From Octopus sinensis (Eukaryota): a stretch of 8,817 nucleotides of DNA. A program made the translations under genes and the position numbers. The notes beneath the pieces were generated by a model. The model was not told the origin of the DNA and did not search any database. It saw only the letters and a program-made list of their open reading frames with translations. Of the stretch, positions 6,871-8,817 are shown one piece after another. Where the stretch lies: assembly GCF_006345805.1 (NCBI RefSeq), contig NW_021828286.1, forward strand, positions 1-8,817, given 5' to 3'. Each line of letters opens with the position of its first letter. The stretch's first letter is position 1.

Positions 6871-7848
6871 CTTGCCAAAAATTTGGCTTTACATTCATTG
6901 AGCGGCGTATTCAGAAAACATGGACTCTTTTGCAGCACGTTTGGTTTGCCAGATCCCATTGGTCAATCATTTACACAGGATAATGACGTTCCCATTGAAC
7001 CTGCTAATACAAGTACTTCAAATCACGAACAGCTTCAAGTGCTACACACTGTAATGGAGGATGATGCTGCAGTCGATAGAAGCCAACTAGAAAATGGAAA
7101 CTGTTTCTATCTAGACGCCTCCGGTGGTTCTGAAAAAAAAATATCTTTACAATATGTTACAACGTCAACTTACTGCTAACGGAATTCTGTACGCATGGCA
7201 GCATGGACAGGGATTGCTGCTACATTATTGAGAATTGGCAAAACTATTCACAGCATCTTTAACTTACCAGTTCCACTTACAGAAAATAGTGTTTGCAATG
7301 TAACACCAGATTCAGAACACGCTACCGAACTTAGGTGCATGCAACTTTTTATGGTAGAAGAAGCATCAGTGATTCCCAGTTATGTTTATAACGCCATAAA
7401 TAGGAGCCTAAAAGACATAATGGGAAAAGATGCAGTCTTTGGTGGCAAAATAATTCAACTTGGACGCCATTTCAGACAAACTCTTCCAATTGTTCCCCGA
7501 GCTCCTCTAGCAGCTATCATTGATGCATGCATTAAAAGATCACATTTATGGTTTCATTTTCATCAGCTTAGATTAACTCGAAATATGAGTGCAGATGTTA
7601 ATGAACAAGAATTTTCTAAGTGGCTACTTTTAATAGGCAATGGTTCCCTAAACAGTGTTCTCCAAGATGTTCCATTACATAATGTTAGCGTACCTACTTC
7701 TTCCTGCTATCAAACATCACATGTTCCAGAAATTTTCAACGACTACATGCCAGAAGAAATGAAAAAGCGAGTAAATCTAAAAAATTATGTCTGTCTTGCA
7801 ATAAAGGAAAAAGTTCTAAATGTTATCCCAGAGGCACTTAAGACTTAG
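6871..7848 (+). pseudogene. Helitron RepHel fragment: PIF1-family (SF1B) helicase, motifs I-IV, disrupted
   Basis: NLALHSL..FGLPDP linker, NHEQLQV, Walker A FYLDASGGSEKK (from GxGKT), AWTGIAATLL, GKTIHSIF, Walker B VEEASV (from DEASM), FGGK..LGRHFRQTLP (from GDFRQ), LTRNMS (from LTxNMR), FSKWLLLIGNG. The last motif and the linker are typical of Helitron helicases. Frameshifts occur at about 7141 and 7190. Confidence 0.9.
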
Positions 7849-7958
7849 GTTACGCGGGTCTCTGGAGTGTTTTGCCACATGCACGTAAATTTCATGAGCA
7901 GCCTGTTCCGTTGATCAGATCAAGTGGAACCCTCGTCGTCGTACCATATGGAGGGCCA
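7846..7958 (+). mobile_element. Probable 3' tail fragment of a SINE/LINE with a stem-loop
   Basis: Contains the hairpin GTTCCGTTGAT-CAG-ATCAAGTGGAAC (7905-7930). It resembles a cephalopod retroposon tail I recall; there is no second copy in the window. Confidence 0.45.
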
Positions 7959-8183
7959 TACATATATATATAAATACTTCTGTTATATATAATGAATATC
8001 TCAGTGCGAAAGGTTTTGTTATACGGCGCCGGTTTTTACAATCCTGTAAATAATAATAATGGTATTTATATAAGCCTAAAGATTATAGCGATCACTGTGC
8101 AATGATTCAGAAAAAGGGCATATAAGCCCTCGACAGAAGAAAGTAGGCTTTCCTATACGCATAGGATATGTGTGTGTGTGTGT

Positions 8184-8488
8184 GGAGGCGCAATGTCCTA
8201 GTGGTTAGGGTAGCAGACTCGCGGTCGTAGGATCGCGGTTTCGATTACCAAACCGGGCGTTATGAGTGTTTATTGAGTGAGAACACCTAAAGCTCCACGA
8301 GGCTCTGGCAGGGAGTGATGGTGATCCCTGCTCTACTCTTTCGCCACAACTATCTCTCAATCTTTCTTCTGTTGGCCTGCTCGCTTGGCCAGCGGGGTGG
8401 CGTCATTTGAAGGCTAACACAATGCGAAGCGCATTGTGACCAGCGAAGTGTAACAACATCTGATAGCCTGGTCGGTCACGTGATCACG

Positions 8489-8489
<1 letters not shown>
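8184..8489 (+). mobile_element. Family C tRNA-derived SINE, apparently full length
   Basis: A-box TGTCCTAGTGG (8194-8204), B-box-like GGTTTCGATTACC (8237-8249), about 230 nt of non-tRNA body and a tail ending gtcacgtgatcacgt. Flanked by (TG)n and (TA)n. Confidence 0.85.
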
Positions 8490-8543
<54 letters not shown>

Positions 8544-8552
8544 ATATATATA
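8490..8552. repeat. (TA)n microsatellite
   Basis: Directly visible. Confidence 0.95.
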
Positions 8553-8817
8553 GTAAATAAAATAAATTAAAGAAGAAATAAAAATGAGATAATTGTCTTG
8601 TATTCATGACATACTTAAATACAACAAATGCATTAAGGCATTCAGAACATATTAAAAGTATTATTTAAGAATACAATAGAAATAACAGATAAATGATATA
8701 AAAATATACACAGAAATAAACAAGAAAAAATTCCATATACTGAGTGATATAGCAAATATATGAAAACCTTATTAAAAGTTAAAAATTAAAAATTTAGAAT
8801 TACAAGTTAAAAGTAAG

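Noticed and set aside
7195-7848. Host PIF1 gene
   Set aside because: Intronless, with broken catalytic motifs and a Helitron-type linker and WLLxIGNG motif. A transposon relic fits better.
8184-8260. Possible tRNA gene
   Set aside because: No convincing acceptor stem, an extra T in the B-box, no T-run terminator, and it continues into a SINE body.

Overview
Non-coding, repeat-saturated eukaryotic DNA with no supportable intact host gene. The (TA)n/(GATA)n microsatellites and tRNA-derived SINEs resemble those I recall from Octopus/coleoid cephalopod genomes (inference, not a database result). Read left to right: decayed SINE pieces (268-520); the 5' end of a Tc1/mariner transposon on the minus strand (519-919); a Helitron-type 3' terminus (ending CTAG at 1161); two related minus-strand repeats, each carrying a minimal hammerhead-ribozyme-like motif of the Penelope-like-element type (cores 1281-1307 and 2166-2193); several copies of three SINE families; oppositely oriented (GATA)n and (TATC)n arrays; a short R4/Dong-like LINE protein remnant (5741-5872, minus); and a pseudogenised Helitron PIF1-type helicase (6871-7848, plus). 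The hammerhead pair is the most unusual signal. Both have variant catalytic cores, an identical stem II with different loops, and a shared 12-mer at an identical 21-nt spacing downstream. Most ORFs in the supplied track are microsatellite artefacts. All alignments were done by eye.
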